This document shows, one piece after another, positions 1 through 9,745 of a stretch of 28,433 nucleotides of DNA. The position numbers and the translations under genes were made by a program. The first letter of the stretch is position 1; each line of letters opens with the position of its first letter. The stretch spans positions 1-28,433 of the forward strand of contig JBBIPG010000029.1 in NCBI GenBank assembly GCA_037442925.1. Direction: 5' to 3'. Under the pieces are notes generated by a model, which did not search any database, had not been told where the DNA came from, and saw only the letters and a list, made by a program, of their open reading frames with translations. The stretch comes from Candidatus Fraserbacteria bacterium. Its GTDB lineage: Bacteria; Bipolaricaulota; Bipolaricaulia; RBG-16-55-9.

Positions 1-76
1 AGGAGAAAGGCGAATAATCTTCTCCTTTATGAAACATTACACCGCCGCAGCGCCCCCTCGAGGTAGGTGCTTCTGC

Positions 77-130
77 TTGACAGGGCGTGATCGGGTTCTG
101 CTAGAATGAAACAGAACACTTTCTGTTTCA
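77..130 (+). promoter_or_regulatory. Sigma70-type promoter with overlapping perfect inverted repeat (candidate operator)
   Basis: TTGACA at 77-82 and extended -10 TG-C-TAGAAT at 99-107 (19-bp spacer, long). Perfect 10-bp IR TGAAACAGAA-cact-TTCTGTTTCA at 107-130 over the expected start site. Confidence 0.55.
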
Positions 131-155
131 AAGGTTAATCAACAGGTGATACACT

Positions 156-500
156 ATGCAACTCCTAAGCGATGCCATTTGGTTTCCGATCTTTGAAGGT
201 GCCTTGTTTTTACTTTTCCTTGTAACTCTCTTTTACGATCTCACCACCCGTACTTCTTTTGCGAAAGTCCAGTACAACAAAGAAACCCAAGAGAAACTGA
301 GCAATCTCTTTCTTCTTGGTACATCAGTGATCGTACTTGCGGTCGTCGCTACCACCGAAGCATGGAATGGCTATAAAACTCTCACTCTGATTCTGGATTT
401 TGGTATCCTCATCTACTTGTCATATTTTAGTCCCAAGTACCGACTCACCGCATGGCGGATTATCCATTGGATAGAAAAGAGATTTGAACCATTCCGATGA
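156..500 (+). CDS. Hypothetical membrane protein (about 3 TM segments), AT-richer than flanking core genes
   Basis: 114-aa ORF with three hydrophobic stretches. SD-like AGGTGA upstream and a promoter at 77-107. No family recognised. Confidence 0.6.
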   Translation: MQLLSDAIWFPIFEGALFLLFLVTLFYDLTTRTSFAKVQYNKETQEKLSNLFLLGTSVIVLAVVATTEAWNGYKTLTLILDFGILIYLSYFSPKYRLTAWRIIHWIEKRFEPFR

Positions 501-640
501 ACCCTTCCACCATCTACTACCTCACGCGAGCGGAGCTTAGGCAGCTCCTCAATGTCATTGAGAACAGACGCGACAAGATGCGTCGGGTACTCACGAATTC
601 CGAGATTGTGCCCTTGGATGGTTTTTGCTACTTGGAATAA
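497..640 (+). pseudogene. Possible N-terminal remnant of a tyrosine recombinase/integrase (47 aa)
   Basis: ATGA-coupled to the previous stop. Translates MNPSTIYYLTRAELRQLLNVIENRRDKMRR..., matching the 'YLTxxExxxLL...RD' opening of XerC/FimB-like catalytic domains. Similarity is lost before the GxRxxE motif. Confidence 0.4.
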
Positions 641-720
641 GGCTGGATGGTGAGGCTGTTCTTCAAAAGCATCATGCGCTCTGTAAGCCCCCTTATGCTA
701 CAATTCGAATACGTGTGCCT

Positions 721-912
721 ATGAAAACAAAGAAACCGAGAGCGAAGAAGCAGGTGAGCGACCCCGAGCTGAGGAAAGCCCTTCAAGAATCCTTGGCGGA
801 ATATCAAGCGGGGCGTGTCATTGGACCCTTCTCCTCAGCTGAGGACGTCATGGACTTTCTGTATTCTTTGCAACTCCCTGCTATCAGGAGATCAAAGCCA
901 ACAACTGAGTAG
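721..912 (+). CDS. Small protein resembling a type II antitoxin C-terminal region (orphan)
   Basis: ATG at 721 follows extended -10 TG-C-TACAAT (696-704). 63 aa with LQESLAEYQAGRVIGPFSSAEDVMDFL, a pattern I recognise from antitoxins paired with RelE-type toxins. Confidence 0.5.
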   Translation: MKTKKPRAKKQVSDPELRKALQESLAEYQAGRVIGPFSSAEDVMDFLYSLQLPAIRRSKPTTE

Positions 913-921
913 GATCTGCAC

Positions 922-1257
922 CTAAGCCACCGGATTGAGATGCCGCTCCAACATCGACATCAGCTGGGCTTTCGGAAGGAACCCCACAATTCGCTCGACT
1001 TCTTTGCCGCCTTGAAAGAGAAGGAGCGTTGGAATGCTCTGCACGCCATAATTCATACTAAGCTCATTGTTCTCATCCACATTGAGCTTGGCTACCTTAA
1101 GGCGTCCGTCAAGATCGTGGGCGATCTCTTCGATGATGGGCGCGAGCGCCCGACAGGGGCCACACCAATCAGCATAGAAGTCCACCAAGACGGGTTGATT
1201 GGAGCGAAGCACCTCGGCCTCGAAATTTGCCTGTCCTACGTGAGTCGGCTTAGCCAT
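922..1257 (-). CDS. trxA: Thioredoxin
   Basis: WCGPC active site, SIPTL cis-Pro loop, 111 aa. Confidence 0.97.
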   Translation of the reverse strand: MAKPTHVGQANFEAEVLRSNQPVLVDFYADWCGPCRALAPIIEEIAHDLDGRLKVAKLNVDENNELSMNYGVQSIPTLLLFQGGKEVERIVGFLPKAQLMSMLERHLNPVA

Positions 1258-1271
1258 TCTCGTTCCCCCTG

Positions 1272-2534
1272 CTATACTTTGAAGATCAGTTTTGCCTTCT
1301 TGATGCCATCAACAAGACCATCGATCTCATCTTCTGTGTTATAGATATAAAAACTCGCGCGCGCCGTGTTGTCCATTCCCAAGCGTTTCATCAGCGGCTG
1401 AGCACAGTGATGCCCCGAACGTACCGCGATGCCATCTTCGTCCAGAATGCCCGCCAGATCATGAGGATGAACTCCATCGACATTGAAAGACACCACAGCC
1501 AGTCGATTCTCCGGATCATGGGGACCATAGACCGTCACGCCTTCGAGACTCAAAAGCTTTTCCAACGCATACTCCAATAGCTTTCGCTCATGCTGGATAA
1601 CAGCTCCCATCCCCAGATTCGACAGATAATCGACGGCAGCTCCCAGACCTATGCCATCCGCGACGCTGGGAGTGCCCGCCTCATATTTCCAGGGCAATTC
1701 ATTCCACGTCGCGCTCTCCAGAGTAACAGTCGAAATCATATCCCCACCTCGCAGGAACGGCTCCATCTGCTCTAAGACCTCGCGCTTGGCGTATAGAAAA
1801 CCCGATCCCGTAGGTCCCAGCATCTTGTGGCCCGAAGCCGCAAGAAAGTCGCAATCCAATGCTTGAACGTCAACGGAAATGTGAGGTAGAGACTGGGCCG
1901 CATCGATTACCGTGAGCGCTCCTACGCGCTTGGCTTCCGCGATGATCCCCGCCACAGGGTTGATCGTCCCTAGCACGTTCGAGGCATGGATCATTCCCAC
2001 AAGCTTGGTCCTCGTCGTGATCGCTTCTTTTAGCTGATCCAAACGCAATCGGCCACGGTCATCCACATCGACGAATCTCACGATCACACCGTGTTTATCT
2101 CGCAGCATGAACCAGGGGACGATGTCCGAGTGGTGCTCCATGATGGTGATGACAACCTCATCGCCCGCTTTCAAGTTCCAGAGTCCCCACCCATAGGCAA
2201 CGAGATTGAGCGCCTCCGTGGCATTGCGAGTGAAAATAATTTCACGCCAGCTGCGCGCGTTGACGAACTTCGCCACTTTCTTGTGGGCATTCTCATAGGC
2301 CACAGAAGCCTCGTGGCTCAGTGTGTGCACCGCACGGTGGACATTTGCGTTCATCTGCTCGTAAAAGCGCTGCATGGCTCCGATGACTTGGCGGGGCTTT
2401 TGCGTGGTCGCAGCGTTGTCCAGATAGACGAGAGGCTTGCCGTGAATGAGCCGCTCGAGGATGGGGAAATCTCGACGAATCTCAAGCGGGTCCAGCGAGG
2501 CCGTGACTCTGGAAGTTTGCTTGATTTGCGCCAT
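1272..2534 (-). CDS. sufS: SufS-family cysteine desulfurase
   Basis: YLDNAATTQKP, SGHKMLGPTG (PLP lysine), RSGHHCAQP (group II catalytic Cys). Lies in the suf operon. Confidence 0.97.
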   Translation of the reverse strand: MAQIKQTSRVTASLDPLEIRRDFPILERLIHGKPLVYLDNAATTQKPRQVIGAMQRFYEQMNANVHRAVHTLSHEASVAYENAHKKVAKFVNARSWREIIFTRNATEALNLVAYGWGLWNLKAGDEVVITIMEHHSDIVPWFMLRDKHGVIVRFVDVDDRGRLRLDQLKEAITTRTKLVGMIHASNVLGTINPVAGIIAEAKRVGALTVIDAAQSLPHISVDVQALDCDFLAASGHKMLGPTGSGFLYAKREVLEQMEPFLRGGDMISTVTLESATWNELPWKYEAGTPSVADGIGLGAAVDYLSNLGMGAVIQHERKLLEYALEKLLSLEGVTVYGPHDPENRLAVVSFNVDGVHPHDLAGILDEDGIAVRSGHHCAQPLMKRLGMDNTARASFYIYNTEDEIDGLVDGIKKAKLIFKV

Positions 2535-2549
2535 TTCTGTCTACCCCTT

Positions 2550-2873
2550 TCAATACTCGAAGAGCACTTGCACGTCTTGGCCTTCCCTGCGGACCTCGTA
2601 CGTGGGCACCGGAGCGAAGGCAGGCATTCTCAGCACTTCGCCCGTGGTGATGTCGAATTGCGCCCCATGCCGAGGACACGTGATGACTCTTCCTTCTATG
2701 GTACCGCCCGTCAGGATGCCCCCGTCGTGGGTACACACATCTCCAATGGCATAGTATCTCCCGTTGAGATTGAAGATAGCTATGAGTTCCCCTTCAACCT
2801 GAATGGACTTGTGTTGACCCAGCTTCAGTTCATCTGCTTTAGCAACTGTAATCCACTTCCTCTGTCCCGCCAT
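2550..2873 (-). CDS. Rieske [2Fe-2S] ferredoxin (dioxygenase ferredoxin-like, suf-associated)
   Basis: CTH...CPRHGAQFD Rieske ligands, 107 aa. Confidence 0.93.
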   Translation of the reverse strand: MAGQRKWITVAKADELKLGQHKSIQVEGELIAIFNLNGRYYAIGDVCTHDGGILTGGTIEGRVITCPRHGAQFDITTGEVLRMPAFAPVPTYEVRREGQDVQVLFEY

Positions 2874-3262
2874 TACTCTTCATCCTCCGACCAAGCCGCT
2901 GCTCCATACGCTCCTAGCTTGACCGTCTTGAGCGCAAGGAGCGCACACTTGAGCCTCATGGGATTCACTTCCACGCCCAGCAACTCCAGCATCTGGTCTT
3001 TGTCAAATCGCTTCACATCTTCGAGTGATTTGCCCTTCAGTTCTTCCGTGAGCATGGAGGCTGCGGCCTGACTGATCGCACATCCCTTACCACTGAAACG
3101 AATATCTTCGATCATGCTGCCCTTGAGTTTGATCTCGATGCGAATCTGATCCCCGCAAGAGGGGTTCCCCTCTTCGCGCACGATGTCCGGGTCCTCGAGA
3201 CGTCCGAAATTGCGGGGGTCTTTGTAGTGATCGAGTAAGAGCTCTAGGCCGAGTTCGTTCAT
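2873..3262 (-). CDS. sufU: SufU/NifU-type Fe-S assembly protein
   Basis: DHYKDPRNFG, NPSCGD, GCAISQA, RLKCA. No LPPVK motif. Lies between sufD and sufS. Confidence 0.9.
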   Translation of the reverse strand: MNELGLELLLDHYKDPRNFGRLEDPDIVREEGNPSCGDQIRIEIKLKGSMIEDIRFSGKGCAISQAAASMLTEELKGKSLEDVKRFDKDQMLELLGVEVNPMRLKCALLALKTVKLGAYGAAAWSEDEE

Positions 3263-3280
3263 GGGAGGTTCCTCGGCCCA

Positions 3281-4600
3281 TTATACTCCAGTCTGCCACT
3301 TGCGGTCGATGAGAATCCGAATGCGCGCCTGCATCAGCGGCAGGGGGATCTTGGCAATAATGGGCTCAAAGAAGCCATCCACGATGGTCTTCTTAGCTTC
3401 GTCGTCTCTAAGCCCCCGGCTTTTGAGATAGAAGATCTGCTCCTCATCGATCTGACTGGCAGACGCTGCATGGGTGCAGCGGACGTCATTGGCCTCGATC
3501 TCCAGGCTGGGGATGGCGTTCGAGCGAGGACCATTCTCTAAGATGAGCGAGCGCTGACTCTGGAAGGCGTTGGCGTGCTGTGCATCGGGCTCGATGCGAA
3601 TCAATCCCCAGAAGACGGATTGAGATTTGTCCTTGAGGACACCCTTTACCGTCACTTCACCCTTCGTATGGGGCTTCTGGTGTCTCAAGTTCGATGTGAG
3701 ATCCATGTGTTGTCGGCCATTGGTGAAAAAGACTTGAACATCTTGAAGCTCTGCACCCGGCCCATCGAGCACACTTTCGACGTGAGACATGGTCAGACGC
3801 CCGCCCAGCCAGCCGAGCGTCCAGCGCAGTTTCGCGTCTTGTTCAAGCAGTCCTCGACGGCGACTGAAGTTGTACACGTGAGTGTTCCAGTTCTGTACGC
3901 CCGCGAAGTTCACTTGAGCGCCACGACCGACATGGACGAGCGTCGTATTGGCCTGCATAGCCGACCGGTCGAACTCAGCTCCCGGCGAGTAGAGTTCTTC
4001 TAGACATGTGACCGCGCTCTCGGGTTCAGCAATGATCAAGCTCTGCGTGAATAGACCCACCCCCGGTCGGGTCAGGAGATTCATGACGGTAAGCGGCTGC
4101 TTGATCACGACACCCTTGGGCACATAGAGGAAGATGCCCGTGCTAAAGAGCGCGCGCTGTAAGGCGTTTATTTTGTCTCCAGGTGGCTCAAGTCGATCGA
4201 CATAGCGACGGACCAAGTCCGGATGCTCCCTGATCGCTGGGGTCATGTCCATGAAGAGCACGCCCTTCTTTGTCAGATCTTCGGGCAACTCGGCTCGAAC
4301 CGTCTGTCCGTCGACTTGGATCAGGAGCCCAGCGGCTTCTACGCTCTCGCCAATCAGCTCTTTGAATTCTTTGGGGATCACGGGTGATTCGACCTCATCT
4401 ACGAGGGGCGTGATCTCACTCCATTCCAAGCCACGAATCTGTGTGTATCGTGAACCTGGAAACGACAGCTTTTCAAACGCATTCCAGGCTTCGAGGCGGC
4501 GCTTGCGCAGCCACTCGGGTTCATTTCGAGCCTGCGAAAGTGCTTCGACCGTCTCGATAGAGGACTCGTTTCCCTCTAATGCCATCTGAATCTTAGTCAT
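3281..4600 (-). CDS. sufD: Fe-S cluster assembly protein SufD
   Basis: PSLEIEANDVRCTHAAS and IFYLKSRGL...IVDGF motifs. Follows sufB. Confidence 0.95.
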   Translation of the reverse strand: MTKIQMALEGNESSIETVEALSQARNEPEWLRKRRLEAWNAFEKLSFPGSRYTQIRGLEWSEITPLVDEVESPVIPKEFKELIGESVEAAGLLIQVDGQTVRAELPEDLTKKGVLFMDMTPAIREHPDLVRRYVDRLEPPGDKINALQRALFSTGIFLYVPKGVVIKQPLTVMNLLTRPGVGLFTQSLIIAEPESAVTCLEELYSPGAEFDRSAMQANTTLVHVGRGAQVNFAGVQNWNTHVYNFSRRRGLLEQDAKLRWTLGWLGGRLTMSHVESVLDGPGAELQDVQVFFTNGRQHMDLTSNLRHQKPHTKGEVTVKGVLKDKSQSVFWGLIRIEPDAQHANAFQSQRSLILENGPRSNAIPSLEIEANDVRCTHAASASQIDEEQIFYLKSRGLRDDEAKKTIVDGFFEPIIAKIPLPLMQARIRILIDRKWQTGV

Positions 4601-4628
4601 AATGAGTTCTGTTCCTTATGGGAGCGTG

Positions 4629-7600
4629 TTACCCGACGGAGCCTTCCATCTCGAGCTGAATGAGACGGTTAAACTCCACGGCGTACTCCATGGGCAATGT
4701 CTTTGTAAACGGCTCCATGAAGCCGAGCACGATCATCGCAACTGCTTCCGCTTCCGAGAGCCCGCGGCTCATGAGATAGAAGATCTGATCCTCACCCACT
4801 TTGCCCACCGTCGCCTCGTGCCCCACGGTCACTTGATCCTCGTCGATCTCAACGTAAGGGTATGTGTCGCTGCGAGAGCGCTCATCGAGCAAGAGCGCGT
4901 CGCAGAGCACCGTGGACTTTGAATGAACGGCACCCTTGGCAACTTTGAGCAGGCCTCGATAGCTCGTGCGCCCACCGTCTTTACTGACGGACTTGCTCGT
5001 GATGGTGCTTGTGGTATAGGGCGCAGCGTGGATGACTTTGCCGCCGGTATCTTGATGCTGGCCTTTACCCGCATAGGCAACAGAAAGAATGTCGGCGCGG
5101 GCGCCCTTGCCCATCAGGTAGACCGAAGGGTATTTCATAGTGACCCTGCTGTTATGAACGATGAATCCATTCGCCACGAAGTTGTGCACTCCTTCGATCT
5201 CGATGTCCCACGTGTCGGCCTTACCAGCGGGTTCGATGCGAGAGATGCGCACGAAAGCCACGGGGCTGGGAACCTGCCAGTTGGAGAAATAGAGGAAGTA
5301 ATGTCGATACTCTTTCTCTTCTTTCCCAAGAGGCTTCCGCTCCACGCGCCGCCATTCGCTGATCTTCAAGGGATTTAGCCCGCAGCTGATAGCCAAGTCT
5401 CGAATATCCTCCAGCAGCGTCCGATGGCTGCTCGTGACGGATACGTTCTTATGCCCACGGCGCATATGACCATCGGCGGCGATGTAGCCTTCAATGAAGG
5501 CCCGCCGCTGGGACTGAGGCAGACGATAGACCCAGGAAGGGACCCGCTTCTCGCTCGCCCTGCCTCTGAAACCAAGCTCCTGGAGCAAAGCCACAAGTTG
5601 CGCGGAGCAGACTCGAAGCACTCGCCCTTTGTAGAGCTGGGGTTCGATGCCGAAGAGGCCTCGGATGGCTTGAACAACTCGCGGGAAGGCCTCATCTTGA
5701 GGGACGATGGCGATATTGAGCCGAGCTTGTTCGCAAAAGCCATCGCCGAGATAGAACCCGAGCAACCACATCAGTTCGTCGCTGGTCTCTTCTGGTACGC
5801 AGATCTGATTGCGTGTACGTTTTACCGTTGGAATCTGCAATTTCAGGGATTTCCCGCAGTCCGGGATCTGACCGGAAATAGCCACCGAGTCGCCCTCCCG
5901 CAGCTCGTCCAATCTCCTCCATGAAATGACATTTCCTCGCCCCTCCTTGCGCAAAGAGAGGAAAGGGTGATTGGCCGTGGCCACAATTTCACGGTGATTC
6001 TCTGTGACTAATCGAAAGACGGGACGATGTCCACTGTACTTCTTGTCCACCACTCGACGAGGTTCAAGCTCAAACTTTGGGTTCAGCGTGAATACGCGGT
6101 CCCCCGGCTCCACCTCCCGAATGGGTCTCACGTCACTGTTGAGCAGAACTTTGGAATCCCCGACTAGGCACCCGATGTTCGCATCGACCCACTCGACCGT
6201 CGCCCCCTCATAGGCCACCGAACGCTTGGTGACGAGATTGTAGACGTCGTTCGACCAGTTCTGAAGCGTCGTGTAGCGCAAGTGCGCACCGGGTTTGGCG
6301 ATCAACTCCACAACGGCTGAGTGCAGGGATTCTTTCGAGTAAACGGGGGCTGTACAATTGTGAACAGCGAAGCCGCGCACCAGATACGAGTTCGGGCCTT
6401 CGACGTCCAGATTGAACACAAAGCCGTCATAGGGCGTGCGCTCAATTCCTCTGATTGGGATCAAGAAATGCGTGTCTGTCTTGCGGGTCTCGCTCCAATG
6501 CTTGTCCACCGTGTAAACGACAATGTACTGATCTCGGCGATGGATCTTTCTACCGTTGATTGCATCATCGCCGCCCTCGCGCACTTGGATGCTGGCAAAG
6601 ATGCCCCTCCTGGCAAGCAACTCTTGCAGCTGTTGGGCAAGCGTTTCTGAAGCAGTGGCTGCTCGATGCATCACACTGTTGCCTTTGTCGCAGACGTTGC
6701 CGTCGCCGCGGAAGTAAGCGTCCAGTAACGGTTCAATCTGCTCTGGGGGCAAGGCCATGAGTTCATCGCTCAGCCGCTTTCTCGCTGCACCCTTCCCACA
6801 AGAAGTGATGCAAAGCTCCATGAGCTCTTTTGAATAGACGGTCACATTGACAGCATGTCTGCCCTTGAGCTCCGTCACATAAGCCCTCTTGCCGGTGACA
6901 TGTGTGATCAACGAACACACCTCGGCAACTATCTCCGCCTCGCCCGAGCTGAACGTGAAGCTTACTACCGGCATGTTGAGTGTCTTGTGGATAAACGCTG
7001 ACCCCTCAGCAAGGTAATAACCCAGGAGTTTGAGCAACTCCGGTGAGTACTTTGGGTTATAGTCCTCTGCTTGCACCTTGGGGAAAACCAAGAAATCACC
7101 GATAGCAAGTTCGCCAGCAGGCACATACTCAGGCTCTGCTGTTAAGAGGGTTTGAGTGTCGGTCTCGGGAAGCCAGCCGTTACGCGGCCTGAGCTTCTTA
7201 AGCACGTCGGCGCGACGCACAACCAATACTGGATGTTCAGGCGTAAGTCGAAAGGCGTTATATGGTGAGAGCGGCCGGATCGTTAGCATATCGCCCCGAT
7301 ACGGCCGGACCATCACAGCACGAACTTTGGCTTTACGACCATCACTGGCGACTACCAAATCCCCAGGCTTGAGGTGTTCAATATTGGTCCAGCGATCGCC
7401 CAGACTGACCTGCTCGCCTCCAGGCAAGCATCCCTCGATATAATGCACCTTGGCACCCTCTTCCGCAATGATGAGCGTCCTCTCAAACTGCCCCATGTTC
7501 GCCGCGTTGATGCGGAAGTACGCCTGCAGCGGGATGTCCACCTGAACGCCCTTGGGCACGTAGACGAAAGAGCCCCCACTCCAGACGGCGCTATTGAGAG

Positions 7601-8186
7601 CGGCGAATTTGTTGTCTTCTTTGGGGATGACCGTGCCAAAGTATTGCTTGACAATCTCGGGGTATTCCTTGAGCCCTTCATCCATCCCCAAGAAGATGAC
7701 GCCCTTCTTTTCGAGATCTTTCCTCAGATTGTGATAGACGGTCTCCGAGTCATATTGAGCCCCCACTCCGGCCAAGAACTTGCGTTCGGCTTCAGGTATA
7801 CCCAGCCGGTCGAAGGTCTTCTTGATGTCCTCAGGCACATCATCCCAACTGCGGGCGGGCCGATCCGTGGGGCGAGCGTAGTAGACGATCTCATCAAAAT
7901 TGATTTTCGTGAGATCAGCTCCCCACAGGGGCAGCGGTTTTTTCATGAAGACCTCATAGGCTTGCAGGCGAAACTCCCGCATCCAGTCGGGTTCGCCCTT
8001 CAAATGAGAGATCTCTTCGACTACCTCGCGCGAGAGCCCTGGCTTGCCGATGTAGACGTAACTATCTGTGGAATACTTGAAGTCGTATTTGGTGTAATCG
8101 CGCTCAAAGGTCTCCTTCTTTGGTTGCTCTACAACGATGGCGCTCCCGCGTCGCTTCTTCTCCCCTAGATGCTTCTCATCTGTCAC
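4629..8186 (-). CDS. sufB: Fe-S cluster assembly protein SufB, precursor with two inteins (1185 aa; 487 aa after splicing)
   Basis: SufB motifs [69 protein letters not shown], interrupted by two Cys...His-Asn inserts. Confidence 0.97.
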   Translation of the reverse strand: MTDEKHLGEKKRRGSAIVVEQPKKETFERDYTKYDFKYSTDSYVYIGKPGLSREVVEEISHLKGEPDWMREFRLQAYEVFMKKPLPLWGADLTKINFDEIVYYARPTDRPARSWDDVPEDIKKTFDRLGIPEAERKFLAGVGAQYDSETVYHNLRKDLEKKGVIFLGMDEGLKEYPEIVKQYFGTVIPKEDNKFAALNSAVWSGGSFVYVPKGVQVDIPLQAYFRINAANMGQFERTLIIAEEGAKVHYIEGCLPGGEQVSLGDRWTNIEHLKPGDLVVASDGRKAKVRAVMVRPYRGDMLTIRPLSPYNAFRLTPEHPVLVVRRADVLKKLRPRNGWLPETDTQTLLTAEPEYVPAGELAIGDFLVFPKVQAEDYNPKYSPELLKLLGYYLAEGSAFIHKTLNMPVVSFTFSSGEAEIVAEVCSLITHVTGKRAYVTELKGRHAVNVTVYSKELMELCITSCGKGAARKRLSDELMALPPEQIEPLLDAYFRGDGNVCDKGNSVMHRAATASETLAQQLQELLARRGIFASIQVREGGDDAINGRKIHRRDQYIVVYTVDKHWSETRKTDTHFLIPIRGIERTPYDGFVFNLDVEGPNSYLVRGFAVHNCTAPVYSKESLHSAVVELIAKPGAHLRYTTLQNWSNDVYNLVTKRSVAYEGATVEWVDANIGCLVGDSKVLLNSDVRPIREVEPGDRVFTLNPKFELEPRRVVDKKYSGHRPVFRLVTENHREIVATANHPFLSLRKEGRGNVISWRRLDELREGDSVAISGQIPDCGKSLKLQIPTVKRTRNQICVPEETSDELMWLLGFYLGDGFCEQARLNIAIVPQDEAFPRVVQAIRGLFGIEPQLYKGRVLRVCSAQLVALLQELGFRGRASEKRVPSWVYRLPQSQRRAFIEGYIAADGHMRRGHKNVSVTSSHRTLLEDIRDLAISCGLNPLKISEWRRVERKPLGKEEKEYRHYFLYFSNWQVPSPVAFVRISRIEPAGKADTWDIEIEGVHNFVANGFIVHNSRVTMKYPSVYLMGKGARADILSVAYAGKGQHQDTGGKVIHAAPYTTSTITSKSVSKDGGRTSYRGLLKVAKGAVHSKSTVLCDALLLDERSRSDTYPYVEIDEDQVTVGHEATVGKVGEDQIFYLMSRGLSEAEAVAMIVLGFMEPFTKTLPMEYAVEFNRLIQLEMEGSVG
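5151..6170 (-). mobile_element. Intein 2 in SufB (340 aa) with LAGLIDADG homing endonuclease
   Basis: Starts CLVGDSKV after DANIG, block B ATANHPF, motifs LLGFYLGDG and [10 protein letters not shown], ends GFIVHN, +1 Ser (SRVTMKYP). Precursor residues 673-1012. Confidence 0.96.
6357..7430 (-). mobile_element. Intein 1 in SufB (358 aa) with LAGLIDADG homing endonuclease
   Basis: Starts CLPGGEQV after YIEG, block B LTPEHP, endonuclease motifs LLGYYLAEG and [10 protein letters not shown], ends GFAVHN, +1 Cys (CTAP). Precursor residues 253-610. Confidence 0.96.
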
Positions 8187-8188
8187 GG

Positions 8189-8989
8189 TTACGCCACCCC
8201 CTCCTTCTCGAATCCAAGCTCTTCTAGAATCCAGTCGTAGCCACGCTCTTCCAACTCATGGGCCAGCTTCTGGTTGCCGCTCTTTACGATCTTGCCCGCG
8301 ACCATGACGTGGACAAAATCGGGCTTCAAATAGTTGAGAATTCTTTGATAGTGGGTGATGGCCAGACACCCGAAGTGGGGACCACGTAGACTATTGACTG
8401 CCTCAGCCACGATCTTGACGGAATCAATGTCAAGTCCGGAGTCCGTCTCATCCAAAATGGCGATCTCAGGCTTGAGCATGAGCATCTGAAGGATCTCGGC
8501 GCGCTTCTTCTCGCCGCCCGAAAAGCCCTCATTCAGATATCTCGTTGCGAAGGATTCATCGATCTTGAGTATCGCCAGCTTCTCTTTGAGTGTTTTGCGG
8601 AACTCGCCGAAAGCTGGCTTCTTGGTTGTCTTACCGTTCGTTTGTCCTTCGCTTTCACCTTGGCGTGCTTTCATAGCTTGCAAGAGAAACCGGGAGAGGG
8701 GCACGCCGCTGATCTCGAAGGGATACTGAAAAGCCAGAAATAGTCCCAGTCGCGCCCGCTCATCGGGTTCGAGCTCCAAAATGTTCTGTCCCTTAAAGAG
8801 CACTTCTCCCTGGGTGACGTCATACTTTGGATGCCCCATAAGCGACATCGCTAGAGTGCTCTTGCCGGAGCCATTCGGTCCCATGATTGCATGGACCTCA
8901 CCCTTCTGGACCGTGAGATCCACGCCCTTGATGATCTCTTTGCCCTCAACGCTCACACGCAAGTCTTTAATTTCCAGCCGGTCGGTCAT
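8189..8989 (-). CDS. sufC: Fe-S cluster assembly ATPase SufC
   Basis: GPNGSGKST Walker [25 protein letters not shown]. Start placed at ATG 8989 (GAGGAG 5 nt upstream) instead of GTG 8995. Confidence 0.97.
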   Translation of the reverse strand: MTDRLEIKDLRVSVEGKEIIKGVDLTVQKGEVHAIMGPNGSGKSTLAMSLMGHPKYDVTQGEVLFKGQNILELEPDERARLGLFLAFQYPFEISGVPLSRFLLQAMKARQGESEGQTNGKTTKKPAFGEFRKTLKEKLAILKIDESFATRYLNEGFSGGEKKRAEILQMLMLKPEIAILDETDSGLDIDSVKIVAEAVNSLRGPHFGCLAITHYQRILNYLKPDFVHVMVAGKIVKSGNQKLAHELEERGYDWILEELGFEKEGVA

Positions 8990-9026
8990 GACCACTCCTC
9001 TTCTTTACGAAAGCCAGAAGTCGCAA

Positions 9027-9057
9027 AAAGTCTACCAAATCAGTCCACTTTTGTCAA
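9027..9057 (-). promoter_or_regulatory. suf operon sigma70 promoter with overlapping IscR/Rrf2-like operator
   Basis: Minus strand TTGACA (9057-9052)-17 bp-TAGACT (9034-9029) with TGn extension. 25-bp imperfect palindrome AAAGTGGACTGATTTGGTAGACTTT (9051-9027). Confidence 0.75.
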
Positions 9058-9168
9058 GGTAACGCTACGGTAATTTCAATTGTGACTCACGTCGATAGTT
9101 GCTTCGAACCCCTCGATGATCTAGTATCGGAACTTGGCATCCAGAACGGGACCAGAGGAGGACATGAA

Positions 9169-9723
9169 ATGGCTGTTGTAGTGGTAATCGGCGGCGGACC
9201 TGCGGGTTATAGCGCGGCACTGTTTACAGCCAAAGCCAAACTAGACACAATTCTTTTTGACACCAACGAGACAAAAATGCACAGCGCGTACCTCTATAAC
9301 TACTTGGGTATCGAAGAGATCCACGGCACTGAATTCGCACGAATCGCCCGAAAGCAAGTGGAGAGATTCGGGGCGAAAGTGCGCACCGAGAGAGTCACAA
9401 AGATTGAGCGCACAGGAGACCACTTTCGCATCGAGACGACATCTGGCACACGGGAAGAGGCAAAGTACATCGTCATCGCCACAGGTCTTGATGATTCGCT
9501 CTTGAAGCAGCTCGGCGTCCAATACGACGGTGACGTGGTGAAGGTAGATCGCCATGGGCAGACCTCAGTCGAGAACATCTACGCCGCCGGATGGGTGACT
9601 CGTAGCAAGTCTCAAGCCATCATCTCAGCAGGCGATGGGGCTGCGGCGGCCATCCACGTGATCGCTAAGAAGCTCGGCAAGCCATATAAAGACTTCGACG
9701 TGCCTCCTCCAAACAAAGCCTGA
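9169..9723 (+). CDS. Short FAD-dependent oxidoreductase, thioredoxin-reductase-like (184 aa, FAD domain only)
   Basis: GAGGAGG upstream of ATG 9169. IGGGPAG, IATG and IYAAGW...QAIISAGDG motifs. No CxxC and no second Rossmann fold. Confidence 0.85.
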   Translation: MAVVVVIGGGPAGYSAALFTAKAKLDTILFDTNETKMHSAYLYNYLGIEEIHGTEFARIARKQVERFGAKVRTERVTKIERTGDHFRIETTSGTREEAKYIVIATGLDDSLLKQLGVQYDGDVVKVDRHGQTSVENIYAAGWVTRSKSQAIISAGDGAAAAIHVIAKKLGKPYKDFDVPPPNKA

Positions 9724-9745
9724 CGCCACTATAGAAGAGATCCAC

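Noticed and set aside
2091..3071. 326-aa plus-strand ORF and other ORFs antisense to the suf operon (e.g. 7374-8168)
   Set aside because: Entirely opposite well-supported suf genes, with no independent evidence.
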